Source of the DNA: Gaiellaceae bacterium
GTDB lineage: Bacteria > Actinomycetota > Thermoleophilia > Gaiellales > Gaiellaceae
Assembly (NCBI GenBank): GCA_035941215.1
Contig: DASZEE010000005.1
Span: 1 to 48,623, forward strand
Length of the DNA stretch: 48,623 bases
Direction of reading: 5' to 3'
The notes under the pieces are model-generated. The model worked only from the letters and a program-made list of their open reading frames with translations. It did not search any database and was not told the origin of the DNA. The position numbers and the translations under genes are program-made. Below, piece after piece: positions 14,810 to 24,123 of this stretch; position 1 is the first letter of the stretch, and every line of letters begins with the position of its first letter.

Positions 14810-16797
14810 GCGCGGGCGAGTGCTTCGCCGCGGCCGTACCGAACCGCCAGCCGGCGTTGCTCGCGGGCATCCGGCCAGAGCGCGATCGCGGCGCCGCCGA
14901 GGAAGACGAAGCCTGCGATCCAGATCAGGTTGACGAGCGGTTTTACCAGCACTTTCAAGAAGAGCGTCTCGCCGTCGATCTGGTCGGCGATCAGGAAGAG
15001 GTCCTCCCCGTTCAGCGGGTCGGACCGAATCGCCGCCTCGTTGGAGACCTGCTGCTCGGCGAAGTAGCGGTTCTTGCCCGGCCGCAGCGTCCCGAGCCGC
15101 TCACCGTCCCGGGAGACATCCACGACGGCGCGGATCTCCTGCGCGTTCGCTCCGCGCGACTCCTCGACTCCCCGGTAGCGCAGGTCGTAGCTCCCGACCG
15201 ACACAGACTCGCCCGGCCGGAGGCGCTGGTCGGCGATCGTGTCGTAGGCACTGGAACCGACGACCCCGATCGCGAGCAGCACGATCGAGGCGTGGACGAC
15301 GTAGCCGCCGTACCGCCGCCGGTTACGGGCGATCAGGGAGCCGAAGGCGCCCGCCCAGGACGAGCTTCCCAGCGCATGCCTCGCCCGGGTCCCGCGCACG
15401 AACTCGAGCACGATGGACGCGAGGACGAAGGCGCAGAACGTGTAGCCGACGAGGCCTGGAATCGAGGAGCCCGCGCCCAATGCGACCAGGATCACGCCGC
15501 AGCCCAGCGCAACTGCGGCGGGCCAGGCGAAGATCCGCCCCAGCCCCCGCAGCGACGCACGGCGCCAGGCGATCAGCGGCCCGATTCCCATCAGCAGGAG
15601 CAGCGGCAGGCCGAAGGCCTTGAGGAAGAAGTTGTAGTACGGCGGCCCGACGGTCACGGGCTCGCCGCGGAGAGCCTCGGTCAGGATCGGGTAGAGGACG
15701 CCCCAGAGGATCGTCAGGCAGAAGGCGACGAGCAGCAGGTTGTTGTAGAGGAAGCTCGCCTCCCGCGACACCGGCGACTCGAGCCGGGTCTTCGAGCGGA
15801 GGAGCGGCAGCCTCGACAGGACGAGCAGGATCGACCCGGCCAACACGATGCCGATGAAACCGAGGAACCACGGCCCGATCGAGCTCTCCGTGAAGGAGTG
15901 GATCGAGCTGATGATCCCGGATCGGGTCAGGAAGGTGCCGAAGAGCGCCAGCGCGAACGCCCCGATTACGAGGACCACGTTCCAGATCTTCAGCATCCCG
16001 CGCTTCTCCTGGATCATCACGGAGTGGAGAAACGCCGTCGCGGCGAGCCACGGCATCAGCGCGGCGTTCTCGACGGGATCCCAGGCGAAGTAGCCGCCCC
16101 ACCCCACTTCGACGTACGCCCAATGTGCGCCGAGGAGCTGGCCGAAGCCGAGAAACGTCCAGGCGACGAGCGTCCACCGGCGGGTGACGACGATCCAGAG
16201 CTCGTCGCTCCGCCGCGCCGCCAGGGCGCCCATCGCGAAGGCGAACGGGATCGTCAAGCCGACGAATCCGAGGTAGAGCATCGGCGGGTGGACGAGCATG
16301 TACGGGTTCTGGAGGCTCGGGTTGAGGCCCGCCCCGTCCGCCGGTGCCGCCTGGGTCGCGAATGGGCTCGAGACGGCGACGAGCATGAACGCGAAGAACG
16401 TGATCACGCCGCCGAGGATTGGCACCGACCACGGGAGGAGGCTCGACGCCGAGCGGCGCGCCAGGAGCACCGCGATCGCCGAGAAGCCGGTGAGGATCAG
16501 GAGCCAGAGGAGCAGCGAGCCTTCCTGACCGCCCCAGAACGCCGAGATCGTGTAGCCGAGCGGCAGCTCCCGGCTGGTGTGGTCGGCGACGTACACGAAG
16601 CTGAAGTCGTTCTGGACGAGAGCAGCGAGCAGGACCGCCGAGCCGACGAGGGCGGCGCCGAACGAGGCCAGGACGGCATTCTGCGCCGACTCCGCGAGCC
16701 GTTGCCGACGCTGCCGGGCAGCAAGCGCACCCGCCACGACGGCGTAGACGGCCAGGCCGAGGCACACGATGAGCGCTGCGCGCCCCAGCTCAGGCAT
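14806..16797 (-). CDS. ccmF: Cytochrome c-type biogenesis protein CcmF (haem lyase component)
   Basis: Start taken at ATG 16797 (MPELGRAALIVCLGL). Many TM helices and the Trp-rich motif WGGYFAWDPVENAALMPWL. Confidence 0.9.
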   Translation of the reverse strand: MPELGRAALIVCLGLAVYAVVAGALAARQRRQRLAESAQNAVLASFGAALVGSAVLLAALVQNDFSFVYVADHTSRELPLGYTISAFWGGQEGSLLLWLLILTGFSAIAVLLARRSASSLLPWSVPILGGVITFFAFMLVAVSSPFATQAAPADGAGLNPSLQNPYMLVHPPMLYLGFVGLTIPFAFAMGALAARRSDELWIVVTRRWTLVAWTFLGFGQLLGAHWAYVEVGWGGYFAWDPVENAALMPWLAATAFLHSVMIQEKRGMLKIWNVVLVIGAFALALFGTFLTRSGIISSIHSFTESSIGPWFLGFIGIVLAGSILLVLSRLPLLRSKTRLESPVSREASFLYNNLLLVAFCLTILWGVLYPILTEALRGEPVTVGPPYYNFFLKAFGLPLLLLMGIGPLIAWRRASLRGLGRIFAWPAAVALGCGVILVALGAGSSIPGLVGYTFCAFVLASIVLEFVRGTRARHALGSSSWAGAFGSLIARNRRRYGGYVVHASIVLLAIGVVGSSAYDTIADQRLRPGESVSVGSYDLRYRGVEESRGANAQEIRAVVDVSRDGERLGTLRPGKNRYFAEQQVSNEAAIRSDPLNGEDLFLIADQIDGETLFLKVLVKPLVNLIWIAGFVFLGGAAIALWPDAREQRRLAVRYGRGEALARA

Positions 16798-16869
16798 CAG
16801 TGCCCCTTCAGGTGACGCTGCCCCGCTTCTGGGTCGCGAGCACCAAGCCAGAGCGCGCACTCCGACGAG

Positions 16870-16889
16870 CCAAGGCTAGACAGCCTTGG
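16870..16889 (-). other. Perfect 8-bp hairpin in the 163-nt ccmE-ccmF spacer
   Basis: CCAAGGCT, loop agac, AGCCTTGG. Confidence 0.3.
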
Positions 16890-16960
16890 TGAGGAGGAGG
16901 GTCGGCTCTGGCGCAGCGTGATCGGGGGCCAGAAGCCGGCGTGTGTCGCCTGGAGGGGCA

Positions 16961-17350
16961 CTAGGTCTCTTTGGAGCTGTACTTCGACGGGCACTTGGTG
17001 ACAAGCGTGCCCGGGGCGCCCACGAAGGTGCTGCCGCGCAGCCGGCCCTTCAGCGAGATATCGCGCCCGACCCTGAACATGTCGGGCACGGAGCCCGTAT
17101 AGCTGACCGGGAGCCGGACGGACGAGCTCCCCTCGATGTCCTTGATCCGAAAGCGGATCGTGCGCCCGCTCCGCTCCACCGGCGCGACGACCTGTCCGAC
17201 GATCGTAATCTCGCCCGTACGGCCGTCCAGCTGGCTCGGCCGGAGCTGCGGCGTCCCGCCGGCGATCGACGTGTAGAGGAGGAAGATCGCCAGCATCGCC
17301 GCCACGGACAGGGCGATGACGAGGCGGGCGGGGCTGGATCGGCGCGCCAC
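16961..17350 (-). CDS. ccmE: Haem chaperone CcmE, variant with CxxxY in place of the HxxxY haem-binding motif
   Basis: 129 aa. N-terminal anchor, an OB-fold-like body (RFRIKD, VSYTGSVPDMFRVGRDISLKGRL) and a C-terminal LVTKCPSKYSSK. Confidence 0.85.
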   Translation of the reverse strand: MARRSSPARLVIALSVAAMLAIFLLYTSIAGGTPQLRPSQLDGRTGEITIVGQVVAPVERSGRTIRFRIKDIEGSSSVRLPVSYTGSVPDMFRVGRDISLKGRLRGSTFVGAPGTLVTKCPSKYSSKET

Positions 17351-17375
17351 GCCGAAAAGTCTAGCCCTGGCGGGA

Positions 17376-17621
17376 TCAGCCTTCGCGGGTGGGTGCCGGG
17401 CGTCGCCGATCCGGGATCCGGTACCCGTGCTCCTCGCACAAGCTGCCCGGCGCGTCCTCGGTCAGCGCGTCGCAGTAGCCCTTCCCGTACGCGGCCCGCA
17501 TGAAGGCGGCGACGATCTCGAGATTCCACTCGCCCACGTCGGCGGCCTCGCGCCACAGGTCGGTGAGGCGAAGGTCGATGTCGAGCTCGAGCAGATCGAT
17601 CCTGGACGGACGCTTGGACAT
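17376..17621 (-). CDS. Hypothetical small acidic protein
   Basis: 81 aa ORF with coding-like composition. No motif recognised. Confidence 0.45.
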   Translation of the reverse strand: MSKRPSRIDLLELDIDLRLTDLWREAADVGEWNLEIVAAFMRAAYGKGYCDALTEDAPGSLCEEHGYRIPDRRRPAPTREG

Positions 17622-17658
17622 GAGCTCAGGGTAGGAACGCCGTCGGACGGCATCACCG

Positions 17659-18582
17659 GTGGGCTACGGTCCCGGCGTGGGCGAGCTCCGATTCGGGCCG
17701 GCGCGAATCCCCTCGCGCGAGTCGCCGGAAGAGGCGGTCGCGATCCTCCAGGAGCGCGGTTACACGGCCTGCGAGATCGATTTCGAGGGGAAGTTCTGGA
17801 TGGACTACCCGTGGGCGGAGCGGCTCGGCGAGCTGGCGCGCGATGCCGGGATCGTCCTTTCCGTCCATGCTCCGATCGCCGGCTTCGTCGGGCATGCAGA
17901 GCGTGGCAAGAAGCTGAACATGGCGATCGGGATGCTCGACCACTCCGCGGGGATCGCCCTCGCCGCCGGCGCCGAGCTCGTCGTCTTCCACCCGGGCTTC
18001 CTCCTCGGGAGAGAGCGCGAGCAGGCGCTCGACGACGTCGTCGAGCAGGCGGGCGAGTTGCGCGAGCGGCTGGAGAAGAAAGACCGAGGCGTGCCGTTCG
18101 GTGTCGAGGTGATGGGCCGCGTGCGAGAGCTCGGGACGATCGACGACGTGCTCGCGATCGCCGAACGCGTGCCCTGGATCCGTCCCGTGCTCGATTTCGC
18201 CCACATGCACGCGACGTCGGACGGAGCGTTCATGGATGTCGACGCTTTCGCGCCCGTTCTCTCGCGCACGGATGCGCTCCTCCCGCCGGAGGCTCCGTTC
18301 CACATCCATTTCTCGGACATCGCCTACGCGAACCGGAACGAGACAAAGCATCTGCCCTACGGCGAGGGCACGCTGCGGGCAGAGCCGCTCGGCGAGGCGT
18401 TGTCGAGGTTCGAGCGACCGGCGACCGTGATCAGCGAGTCGCCTGACGAGGAGTCACACCAGGCGGTCTACGCCGCGCTCTCGGCGACGCTCTCCTCGTC
18501 CATCGTTCCGACCCGCACCTCGGCGAGCCGGTCGGCGAAGACCTCGGCATCGTCGCCGCGGTCGCGCTCCTCCAGGAATTGA
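17659..18582 (+). CDS. Xylose-isomerase-like TIM-barrel protein (sugar phosphate isomerase/epimerase or endonuclease IV-like)
   Basis: 307 aa. ACEIDFE, SVHAP, VVFHPG, VEVMG, DFAHMH and HIHFSD give a metal-ligand pattern typical of the AP-endonuclease-2 / xylose isomerase-like fold. The last ~38 aa are a Ser/Arg-rich tail overlapping the convergent gene. Confidence 0.7.
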   Translation: MGYGPGVGELRFGPARIPSRESPEEAVAILQERGYTACEIDFEGKFWMDYPWAERLGELARDAGIVLSVHAPIAGFVGHAERGKKLNMAIGMLDHSAGIALAAGAELVVFHPGFLLGREREQALDDVVEQAGELRERLEKKDRGVPFGVEVMGRVRELGTIDDVLAIAERVPWIRPVLDFAHMHATSDGAFMDVDAFAPVLSRTDALLPPEAPFHIHFSDIAYANRNETKHLPYGEGTLRAEPLGEALSRFERPATVISESPDEESHQAVYAALSATLSSSIVPTRTSASRSAKTSASSPRSRSSRN

Positions 18583-21422
18583 ACGATTGCGTTGAGCGGC
18601 TCCGAGAGGTAGCGGACGTACTCCGTCCGCTCGAGCGTCTCGACGGCGTCGCGGAACAGCGCCTCCGCCTCGTCGTCCCGCCCCTGAGCGGCACGAACCA
18701 GCGCGAGCGTCTTCTTCGTCGTCGACTGGGAGTGCACGTCTTGGGCCGCCACGGTCTCGACTGCCTTGAGCGCATACATCTCCGCCTCGTCGAGCCGCTC
18801 TTGCTCCAGTAGCGCCTCGGCGAGGCTGCGTTGCACCTCGCACAGCGTCCCTCGGTCCTCGACCGGCTTGAGAATGCGGATCGCCTCGCGGAAGAGTCGT
18901 TCCGCCTCCGCCACGTCGCCCTGCTTCCTCACGATGCGCCCGATCCGCAGGTGCGTCTTGGCGATCTGCGTCGCGGCCCCGACCTCCTCGAAGAGTTCCC
19001 GTGCGCGGTGGAACTTGACGAGCGCGTCCTCGCGGCGGCCGCGCAGGATGTCCAGCTCGCCCGCCTGGCGGTACGCGTGGGCCTTCGCGGTCGGCGAGCC
19101 GCTCTCCTCGGCGAGGGCGTGGGCCCGCGCGATCAGCGTCTCGGCCCGGTCGTCTTCGCGGCGGCTGACGCTGATCGCGGCCAGCGAGAGCAACGCCTCG
19201 CTCTCGACATCCACACGGCCGAGATCGCGGGCGACCTCGAGCTGCTCCTCGATGTAGGACTCGGACTCCGTGAGGCGCCCGCGCCACCAGGCCACGGTCT
19301 CGAGCATGCGGAGGGCGTCGATCCGGCTCTCGCCGTCGTCCTCCGGTGCAACCTCGAGCGCCATGCGCGCGAGCTCCTCGGCGCGCGAAACGTCGGCCTG
19401 GCGGAGCAGCGTGACCTCGGAGAGCGCCGCGAGCGCACGGGCCTCGAGGCCTCGGTCGCCGGCCTCGCGTGCGGCCTCGAGAACTTGGTCCATCTCGGTG
19501 GAGAGGACGGGAAAGTCGGCCATGCGCCAGGCGGCGCGCGCGGCCTCGTAGCGCCGCTCGAGGGTGGGCTCGAGCTCGACTGCGCGAATCAGGAGCTTTC
19601 TCGCGGTGGCGTTCGCTTCGCGCGCGAGCGCCCTGCGGCCGGCCTCTTCCAGCGCCGCGGCGGCCTCGGTCGCGAGCTGCGCCGGCGGCGACCCGTCGAG
19701 CTCCGCGAGGAGCGCGGTCGCATGATCGAGGTGGTACGCGCGGACCTCCAGCAGTTCCTCGCCGGCGTGCTTTCGCAGCCACTCGGCGAAGCGCTGGTGG
19801 TAGCCGGCTCGCGCCGCTTTCGAGAGGCCGCCGTACGCGACCTCGCGGATCAGCACGTGCTTGAACTTGAAGGCTTTCTCGCCGGAGATCGACGAGCGGG
19901 GCTCCGGGTGCACGAACTCGCGCAGGTGGAGGTCCTCGAGCAGCGGATCGATGTCGGTTCCCTCGAGGACGAGCTCGCCGAGCGCGCCCTTCCAGAAGAT
20001 CCTCCCCATGACGGCCGCGCCCTGGAGTAGCTCCTTCTCACCCGGCGGCAGATGGTCGATGCGGGCGGCGATGAGCGCCTGAAGGGTGTCAGGGATTCGC
20101 TCGATGCCGCCTCCGTTCGCCTCCGAGAGCATCCGGACCGTTTCCTCGACGAAGAGCGGGTTGCCTTCGGTCTTGTCGAGCAGCGCCTGGCGGGCGCCGA
20201 ACGCCATGTCGCCGTCGAGCAGCGCCTCCACCAGCGCCTCGCTGTCGACCCGGCCGAGCGGCTCGAGCTCGATCGCCGTCGCACGGACGCGGCCGCCGCT
20301 CCAGCCGGGCCGCAGGTCGAGTAGCTCGGGGCGCGCCAGGCACAGGAGCAGGATCGGGACGTCCCTCACCCAGGTGGCCATGTGCTCGATCAGCTCGAGC
20401 AGGGCGTCCTCCGCCCAGTGGATGTCCTCGAAGACGAGCACGAGCGGCTGCGGCTCCGCCAGCTTCTCCGCCCACTCGCGAGCCGCCCAGGCGATCTCCT
20501 GCTGGTTCCGCTCGCCCTTGACCGCTTCCAGCACACCGGAGGCGAGCGCGAGCAGGTCGGCGACCGCCTCGTCGGGGCAGCAGTCACGCAGCTTCTCCAG
20601 CGCATCGTCGAGCGGATCGTCGTCCGCAATTCCGGCGGCCGTCTTGACCATGTCCGACAGCGCTGAGTAGGTCACGCCTTCCCCGTACGGAAGCGCCCGG
20701 CCGTAGAGCACCGTGGCGGCCTCGAGGCCGCCGACGAACTCGGATGCGAGGCGGCTCTTGCCGACGCCCGCGTCGCCGTAGATCGTGAACAGGTGGGCGC
20801 GTCCGTCGCGAACCGCCCGCTGATACGTGTTCTCGAGGAGGTCGAGCTCGGCGTCGCGGCCGACCAGCGGCGCCCGGCGCACGCCGGCGCGGGCGCTGAC
20901 TCCGGCCAGGCAGATGATCTTCCACGCCCAGACGGGCTCAGCGCGACCCCGAATCTCGACGGGGCCCTCGTCCTCGACCTCGAAGCGGCCGAGCGTGAGT
21001 CGATGCGCGCCGGGGCCGATCAGGATGGCGTTGACCGGTGCGGCCTGCTGGAGCCGCGCCGCGATGTTGACGGCCTCGCCGGTCGCGAACGTGGACTCCG
21101 TCGCATCGTCGACGACCACTTCGCCCGACTCGATCCCGATCCGGACCTCGAGCCCGAGCTCCTTGACGGCGTCGAGGATGCCGAGCGCCGTGCGGACCGC
21201 GCGCTCTGCGTCGTCCTCGTGCGCCTGGGGGATGCCGAACGCCGCCATCACCGCGTCCCCGGCGAACTTCTCGACGAGCCCGCCGTGCGTCACGACGCAA
21301 TGGGAGACCTTGTCGAAGTACTGCTGGACGCGCCGGCGCGCGACCTCCGGATCGGTTCCGGTGACCAGCGCTGTCGAGCCGACGAGATCGACGAACAGGA
21401 CCGTTGCGAGCTTGCGCTCCAC
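18468..21422 (-). CDS. Class III adenylate/guanylate cyclase domain fused to a P-loop (AAA_16 / STAND-like) ATPase and C-terminal TPR repeats
   Basis: 984 aa. Cyclase motifs VLFVDLVGST, FAGDAVMAAFG, GEAVNIAARL. P-loop YGDAGVGKSRL near residues 216-223. The C-terminal ~400 aa are repetitive A/E/R/L-rich TPR-like helices. Confidence 0.85.
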   Translation of the reverse strand: MERKLATVLFVDLVGSTALVTGTDPEVARRRVQQYFDKVSHCVVTHGGLVEKFAGDAVMAAFGIPQAHEDDAERAVRTALGILDAVKELGLEVRIGIESGEVVVDDATESTFATGEAVNIAARLQQAAPVNAILIGPGAHRLTLGRFEVEDEGPVEIRGRAEPVWAWKIICLAGVSARAGVRRAPLVGRDAELDLLENTYQRAVRDGRAHLFTIYGDAGVGKSRLASEFVGGLEAATVLYGRALPYGEGVTYSALSDMVKTAAGIADDDPLDDALEKLRDCCPDEAVADLLALASGVLEAVKGERNQQEIAWAAREWAEKLAEPQPLVLVFEDIHWAEDALLELIEHMATWVRDVPILLLCLARPELLDLRPGWSGGRVRATAIELEPLGRVDSEALVEALLDGDMAFGARQALLDKTEGNPLFVEETVRMLSEANGGGIERIPDTLQALIAARIDHLPPGEKELLQGAAVMGRIFWKGALGELVLEGTDIDPLLEDLHLREFVHPEPRSSISGEKAFKFKHVLIREVAYGGLSKAARAGYHQRFAEWLRKHAGEELLEVRAYHLDHATALLAELDGSPPAQLATEAAAALEEAGRRALAREANATARKLLIRAVELEPTLERRYEAARAAWRMADFPVLSTEMDQVLEAAREAGDRGLEARALAALSEVTLLRQADVSRAEELARMALEVAPEDDGESRIDALRMLETVAWWRGRLTESESYIEEQLEVARDLGRVDVESEALLSLAAISVSRREDDRAETLIARAHALAEESGSPTAKAHAYRQAGELDILRGRREDALVKFHRARELFEEVGAATQIAKTHLRIGRIVRKQGDVAEAERLFREAIRILKPVEDRGTLCEVQRSLAEALLEQERLDEAEMYALKAVETVAAQDVHSQSTTKKTLALVRAAQGRDDEAEALFRDAVETLERTEYVRYLSEPLNAIVQFLEERDRGDDAEVFADRLAEVRVGTMDEESVAESAA

Positions 21423-21479
21423 CCTTCAAGTGTATGAACGAACGGGGAGGCGAGAAAACTCCCGCTCTCGAGGCTTTTT

Positions 21480-22007
21480 TCAGGCTGTTCGCGTCTGTGC
21501 CGGGCGGATTCGGCGCACCAGGACCGGCGCGACGAGGATCACGAGGATTCCTCCGGCCGCCAGCAGGTAGCGGAGCCAGCCTTGCGTGTTCCGGGACGAC
21601 GCCGGACGCGCCTCGACCGCAGCCGGCCATGTCGTGGGGGGCTGGAAAGGCTCCAGCTCGCGGATCGCCGGCGAGAGTTGATCCAGCGCCTCCGTGCGAG
21701 GGACGTACCAGAGGAGCGCCCGCGCGGCACCGACGTTCGACGCGATCAGCGCCGACGACGGGACGAACAGGACCGAGTATCCGTTCCGGTCGCCACCCGC
21801 CTCGAACTCGATGTCCACGCGGTAGAACGAGGCAACCGGGGGAGGCTCGAAGACCGTTTCCGCCGGGCTGAGCAGGTACGCCGCTCGATCCTCGAGCGTG
21901 ACGCACGCCTCCGCTCCACAGACTCGGATGGTCACCATTCCCTTGGCGTTCGCGGTCGCGGGCAGCGCGAGGGTCACAAGGGCGAGAACCGCAGCGAGCC
22001 TCTGCAC
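21480..22007 (-). CDS. Hypothetical secreted protein with a C-terminal membrane anchor
   Basis: Only the last 175 codons of track ORF 21480..23291 look real; the rest is antisense to the PMM gene. GTG 22007 gives a signal peptide (M)QRLAAVLALVTLALPATANA. C-terminal TM helix WLRYLLAAGGILVILVAPVLV. Confidence 0.55.
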   Translation of the reverse strand: MQRLAAVLALVTLALPATANAKGMVTIRVCGAEACVTLEDRAAYLLSPAETVFEPPPVASFYRVDIEFEAGGDRNGYSVLFVPSSALIASNVGAARALLWYVPRTEALDQLSPAIRELEPFQPPTTWPAAVEARPASSRNTQGWLRYLLAAGGILVILVAPVLVRRIRPAQTRTA

Positions 22008-22058
22008 AGCCGATCTACACCGTAATCCAGCGCACGGTTCCGGGGATAGAGTCCGGCC

Positions 22059-23405
22059 GTGCTCGATCCGAAGGTTTTCAAGGCGTACGACATTCGGGGA
22101 ATTCACCCGACCGAGCTTGACGAGGACGGCGCGTACGCGATCGGGCGGGCGTACGTCGAGCAGTTCGAGCCGCGGCGAATCGGCGTCGGGCGGGACATGC
22201 GCGTGTCGTCGCCCTCGATGGCCGCCTCGCTGATCCGCGGTGCGACCGACGCAGGAGCCGACGTCCTCGACCTCGGCCTGGTGGGCACTGAGATGGTCTA
22301 TTTCGCCGTCGGCGAGCTGCAGCTCGACGGCGGCGTCGCCGTCACCGCTTCGCACAACCCGAAGGAATACACGGGGATGAAGATCGTCCGCCGGGGGGCG
22401 CTGCCCGTCGGCGGGGACTCCGGCCTGCTGGACATCCGCGACCGGGCCATGGCCCTCGGGGACACGCCTGGGGGTCAGACCCCAGGACAGGTCCAAGAGC
22501 ACGACGCCTGGCCGGCCTACGTCGAGCGCGTCCTGTCGTTCGTGGACGTGTCGTCGATCGGGCTGCTCCGGGTCGTGATCGATGCCGCGAACGGGATGGC
22601 GGGCGCAATGCTGCCTCCCGTGCTCGAGCGCCTGCCCATCGAGGCGATCCGCTACTACTTCGAGCCGGACGGGACTTTCCCGAACCACGAGCCGAACCCG
22701 CTGCTCCCCGAGAACCGCGAGTTCATCATCGAGCGGACGACGGCGGAGGGAGCCGACTTCGGCGTCGCCTTCGACGGGGACGCCGACCGGTGCTTCTTCG
22801 TCGACGACGAGGGCGAGTTCGTCCCGGGCGACTTCGTGACCGCGCTCCTCGCGCAGTCCGTGCTGGAGAAGAGCCCGGGCGGCAAGATCATCTACGACGT
22901 CCGCGCCAGCTGGGCCGTGCCCGAGACGATCGAGGGCGCCGGCGGGACGCCGCTCGTCAACCGCGTCGGCCACGCATTCATCAAGCATCGGATGCGCGAG
23001 GAAGGTGCCGTCTTCGGCGGCGAGGTCTCGGGCCACTACTACTTCCGCGAGTTCAGCCAGGCGGACTCCGGCGTCGTTCCGTTCCTCCTGATGCTCGAGC
23101 TCGTCTCCCGTCGCGGCAAAAAGCTCTCCGAGATCCTGCGCCCGTACCGCGACCAATACTTCATCACCGGCGAGCTGAACACGCCGGTTCCCGATGTCGC
23201 GAACAAGCTCCAGGAGCTCGAGGAGCGGTTCGGCGCGCAGGGAGAGGTCTCGCACCTCGACGGGGTCTCTGTCGACGCCGACGGGTGGCACTTCAACGTG
23301 CGCCCCTCGAACACGGAGCCGCTGCTGCGGCTGAACCTCGAAGCGCGCTCCGAGGAGCTGATGGAGCAGAAGCGCGACGAGGCGCTCGACGTCATCCGCT
23401 CGTGA
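22059..23405 (+). CDS. Phosphomannomutase/phosphoglucomutase (alpha-D-phosphohexomutase family)
   Basis: 448 aa. KAYDIRG, active-site TASHNPKEYTGMK, metal loop FDGDADR, sugar loop GGEVSGH. Confidence 0.9.
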   Translation: MLDPKVFKAYDIRGIHPTELDEDGAYAIGRAYVEQFEPRRIGVGRDMRVSSPSMAASLIRGATDAGADVLDLGLVGTEMVYFAVGELQLDGGVAVTASHNPKEYTGMKIVRRGALPVGGDSGLLDIRDRAMALGDTPGGQTPGQVQEHDAWPAYVERVLSFVDVSSIGLLRVVIDAANGMAGAMLPPVLERLPIEAIRYYFEPDGTFPNHEPNPLLPENREFIIERTTAEGADFGVAFDGDADRCFFVDDEGEFVPGDFVTALLAQSVLEKSPGGKIIYDVRASWAVPETIEGAGGTPLVNRVGHAFIKHRMREEGAVFGGEVSGHYYFREFSQADSGVVPFLLMLELVSRRGKKLSEILRPYRDQYFITGELNTPVPDVANKLQELEERFGAQGEVSHLDGVSVDADGWHFNVRPSNTEPLLRLNLEARSEELMEQKRDEALDVIRS

Positions 23406-23866
23406 CCGGCCTCGAGCTCGGCCGGGTCACCGACCGCAAGCCGCCGTTCAAGTACGCGGCGCTCACGCGCGTCGGCTTCTCGGACACGGATGCCCAGGGA
23501 ATCGTCTACTACGGCCGGTACCTGCCGTACTTCGACACGGCCCGCGTCGAGTACCACCGTCACCTCGATCTCCTCATGGCCAGTGCCGACGAGGAACAGC
23601 AGCCCGTCATGCGCGCGACGACGATCGAGTACCACGCGCCGGCGCAGTTCGACGACCTGATCGAGGTCTACATCCGCGTTTCCCGGATTGGCCGGACGAG
23701 CGTCACCTTCGAATGTGCCGCGTACCGCGTCGACGACGAGGTCCTGATGGTCACTGCCAGCCAGACGCTGGTGCTGGTCGACCTCGAGGAGCGTCGCCCG
23801 TGCCCAATCCCGGACGCGTACCGCGAGAGGATCGAGGAGTTCGAGGGCGCCGCCCTCGAAAGCTAG
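23402..23866 (+). CDS. Hotdog-fold acyl-CoA thioesterase (YbgC/4HBT type)
   Basis: GTG 23402 forms a GTGA overlap with the PMM stop. VGFSDTDAQGIVYYGRYLPYFDTARVEYHRHL is the typical 4HBT N-terminal motif. Confidence 0.8.
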   Translation: MTGLELGRVTDRKPPFKYAALTRVGFSDTDAQGIVYYGRYLPYFDTARVEYHRHLDLLMASADEEQQPVMRATTIEYHAPAQFDDLIEVYIRVSRIGRTSVTFECAAYRVDDEVLMVTASQTLVLVDLEERRPCPIPDAYRERIEEFEGAALES

Positions 23867-23915
23867 GCGGCGACCCTCTGACTCACGCGGCTCTCACTCG
23901 AGAGACCTAAGCCGC

Positions 23916-23942
23916 GCGCCCATCCGATGGACGGATGGGCGC
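23916..23942 (+). terminator. Perfect 11-bp hairpin downstream of the thioesterase gene
   Basis: GCGCCCATCCG, loop atgga, CGGATGGGCGC. Confidence 0.5.
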
Positions 23943-24123
23943 CGCAGCTGCCCTCTCCCCCTGCACTCGTTGTAGTCCGAGGGCGAACTGCGTCTATCCC
24001 TTGTTCGAGGTACCCCTCCCATTCGGGGGATCATCCCCCGAAAGGGTGATTTGCCCTATTACCTGGGGTTTTTCAGCTGTTGCACCCCTCGTTCGGGCTG
24101 ACGATTCCCTCGAACGAGGGATG

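Noticed and set aside
14857-16815. 652-aa plus-strand ORF, and 15323..16765 on the minus strand
   Set aside because: Both are antisense or out of frame relative to ccmF, whose multi-TM sequence and WWD-type motif are unambiguous.
18454-19782. 442-aa minus-strand ORF and the plus-strand ORFs 18831..20030 and 20086..20670
   Set aside because: These are alternative frames of the cyclase-ATPase-TPR gene. The repetitive GC-rich TPR coding sequence keeps several frames open.
22008-23291. Upstream 428 codons of the minus-strand ORF 21480..23291
   Set aside because: It is antisense to the phosphomannomutase gene and has no motifs. Only the last 175 codons, after GTG 22007, show signal peptide and TM features.
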